Positions 62,332 to 64,000 of a stretch of 64,000 nt of DNA are shown in pieces (positions within the stretch are counted from its first letter, which is position 1; each line of letters begins with the position of its first letter). Location of the stretch: NCBI GenBank assembly GCA_050246755.1, contig JBFWVL010000001.1, positions 1,728,001 to 1,792,000 on the forward strand, read 5' to 3'. The notes under the pieces were generated by a model that was not told where the DNA came from, searched no databases, and saw only the letters and a list, made by a program, of their open reading frames with translations. The stretch is from Bacteriovoracia bacterium (GTDB lineage: Bacteria; Bdellovibrionota; UBA1018; CAIPTA01). Made by a program: the position numbers and the translations under genes.

Positions 62332-62416
62332 GCACTGCTCCAATTGAAGAAAGGTGGGACGCTCTTTTCTAGCATAAGTTTTAGGATTGCATAGAGCCGA
62401 AAGCGCTTAGCGTGGC

Positions 62417-62599
62417 CTAGTTTTTCGTGCCCTGGGGCTTATACTTCGGATCCCGGACGTCGCAATCTGGCTCTAAGGGAGAACAGCTGAGTTTACGCAG
62501 ATCGGCGGGCTTTTCTTCCGGGGCAATGGGAGGAGCTTTCACTCCGCAGGCGGAGAGGAGTAGGGCAAAACAAAGGATAAGGGCAGCCGGGATACGCAT
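62417..62599 (-). CDS. Small lipoprotein (LptM/YifL-like N-terminus)
   Basis: LLSACGVKAPPIAP lipobox and Pro-rich motif. Confidence 0.6.
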   Translation of the reverse strand: MRIPAALILCFALLLSACGVKAPPIAPEEKPADLRKLSCSPLEPDCDVRDPKYKPQGTKN

Positions 62600-63609
62600 T
62601 AAAATTTTACCACCAGGCCCACGAGGAAACCGTCGCTGCCGGCTTCGGCCCGGGTATCTACGGAACTGTTCATGAGCAGCTGTGCGCCCACGCCGCCCAG
62701 TAGGCGCCCGCCCGCGAGCGGCTGGAGGTCGGTCACGGTTCCGTTCGTGGCGCTCACTACGTTATTTTGGTAACCCACGTAGGGATATAGCTTTAGTAAT
62801 TTGTTTACTTCCACGAGGTAGCGCATCTCTACGCCGATGGGGATTACGCGCACCTGCGCCACGCGATCGCTGGGAAGAGTATGATTGAAATTGTAGATCC
62901 CCGCGGTAAGTTCCGCGCTGAGCAGGGCCATCGCGTCGGATCGCAGCCAATAGTGGCTGCGAAAGGTGTAGGCGTAGCGAACCGCCCATCCCTGGTAGGT
63001 AGTATAGGGAATCCCTCTATTCGTGCCGTCGTTTTCGTTCGCGGTATCGCCTTCGGCGGTAACCGTGGGGAGAACGTGGTTGCGGAACATCGCGAGGCCC
63101 ACCGTCAAGTTATGCGGATTGAAGCTGCTCGGCTGTGGCATACGCGGCCGGAGGGTGACTTCGGGCGAATAACTGTCGTCGTCCAGCTCTGGATTTAATT
63201 CTTTTCCGTCCGGCGTGAAGAAGCGCTCATTGGCCGGGTTGTCCGTTTCGTTTTCCCGGTCGGCTATATAGTCGGGAAGATTATCGGCTTCGGGGAAGGG
63301 CTCGCCGTACAAAATATCGTATTCAAAATCTACGGCCGGAGTTTCGGCGCTGTATTTTTCCAGAACCGCTACGATCGCGGTTCCTCCGTCCAAGCGGATC
63401 ACGCGTCCGGCCGCAACCTTACGGTCTCCCGAGCTGAATAGTACGGGGCCATTCATTTCCAGCCCGGCGGAATTCCCGGCATTCAGGCGCACGAGTCGTC
63501 CGCTGCTACTGGTTTCCAATATCGATACCGCACGACGCGCAGCGTGTGCGGGGGCAATGAGAAACGGTAGGGTAAAAGCAATGAGGCAAAGCCGGCTCTT
63601 GTGGATCAT
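62599..63609 (-). CDS. Exported protein with C-terminal outer-membrane beta-barrel-like domain
   Basis: Signal peptide ending AHA, small N-terminal beta domain, acidic linker, amphipathic strands ending GLVVKF. Confidence 0.65.
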   Translation of the reverse strand: MIHKSRLCLIAFTLPFLIAPAHAARRAVSILETSSSGRLVRLNAGNSAGLEMNGPVLFSSGDRKVAAGRVIRLDGGTAIVAVLEKYSAETPAVDFEYDILYGEPFPEADNLPDYIADRENETDNPANERFFTPDGKELNPELDDDSYSPEVTLRPRMPQPSSFNPHNLTVGLAMFRNHVLPTVTAEGDTANENDGTNRGIPYTTYQGWAVRYAYTFRSHYWLRSDAMALLSAELTAGIYNFNHTLPSDRVAQVRVIPIGVEMRYLVEVNKLLKLYPYVGYQNNVVSATNGTVTDLQPLAGGRLLGGVGAQLLMNSSVDTRAEAGSDGFLVGLVVKF

Positions 63610-63663
63610 CTTTCATAACGATAGTGTGGCGTGTAATCTAAGTCAAACCCGCCGGGAGCCTTC

Positions 63664-64000
63664 ATGAGTATCCAATTTCCAGCGCGCGGCAGCTGGGCCC
63701 GACTGCCCACGCCCATCCATAAGCTTGAGAAAATCTCTTCGGAGTTGGGGGCGGAAATTTATTTGAAGCGCGACGACCAAACCGGCTTCGAATGGAGCGG
63801 AAATAAGATCCGTAAGCTGGAATTTTTGGCACACGATGCTTTGCAAAAAGGCGCTACCTGCCTCGTTACCTGCGGAGGGGTTCAGTCGAATCATTGCCGG
63901 GCTACCGCGGCCCTGGCCGCTAAGCTCGGGCTGCGCTGCGTTTTGCTTCTCCGGGGCGAGGCGCCGGCACAGGCACTTTCGAATAATCTGCTCGATCGCC
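63664..64000 (+). CDS. D-cysteine desulfhydrase / ACC deaminase family PLP enzyme (3'-truncated)
   Basis: Translated by hand because it is absent from the ORF track: MSIQFPAR...LPTPIHKL...YLKRDD...[10 protein letters not shown]...[14 protein letters not shown]. Confidence 0.92.
   Translation, partial: MSIQFPARGSWARLPTPIHKLEKISSELGAEIYLKRDDQTGFEWSGNKIRKLEFLAHDALQKGATCLVTCGGVQSNHCRATAALAAKLGLRCVLLLRGEAPAQALSNNLLDR

Overview
A chromosomal 64-kb window from a GC-rich Gram-negative bacterium. The short flagellins, the QTKLLSFNASVEAARAG-type MCP and the many secreted hydrolases suggest Bdellovibrionota; this taxonomy is an inference. The window holds the end of a flagellar operon (flhA-flhF-flhG-fliA) followed by a degenerate CheA-like and a degenerate MCP-like gene. 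It also has coaE, a 7TM-HD phosphodiesterase with ybeY, two flagellins with CsrA-type leaders, two subtilases, a secreted protein with two amidoligase-like domains, an ABC1/UbiB kinase, rnr, a Lol-like ABC system, corA, dcd, a FadF-like Fe-S oxidoreductase, a cheW-mcp-cheR-cheD operon, msrA, a Calx-beta/IPT/14-kelch lipoprotein, etfAB and a truncated D-cysteine desulfhydrase. The standout is 30.2-37.4 kb: a eukaryote-type squalene synthase, a GT21/HpnI-like glycosyltransferase, a triterpene cyclase, a secreted alpha/beta hydrolase and a squalene epoxidase. The cyclase looks like a squalene-hopene cyclase almost throughout but carries the oxidosqualene-cyclase protonation motif (VTDCTA instead of DxDD). 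This suggests an oxygen-dependent pathway to a glycosylated 3-hydroxy-triterpenoid that is neither a standard hopanoid nor a standard sterol. I saw no RNA genes, CRISPR arrays or mobile elements. All family assignments come from motif recognition by eye; no database search was run.
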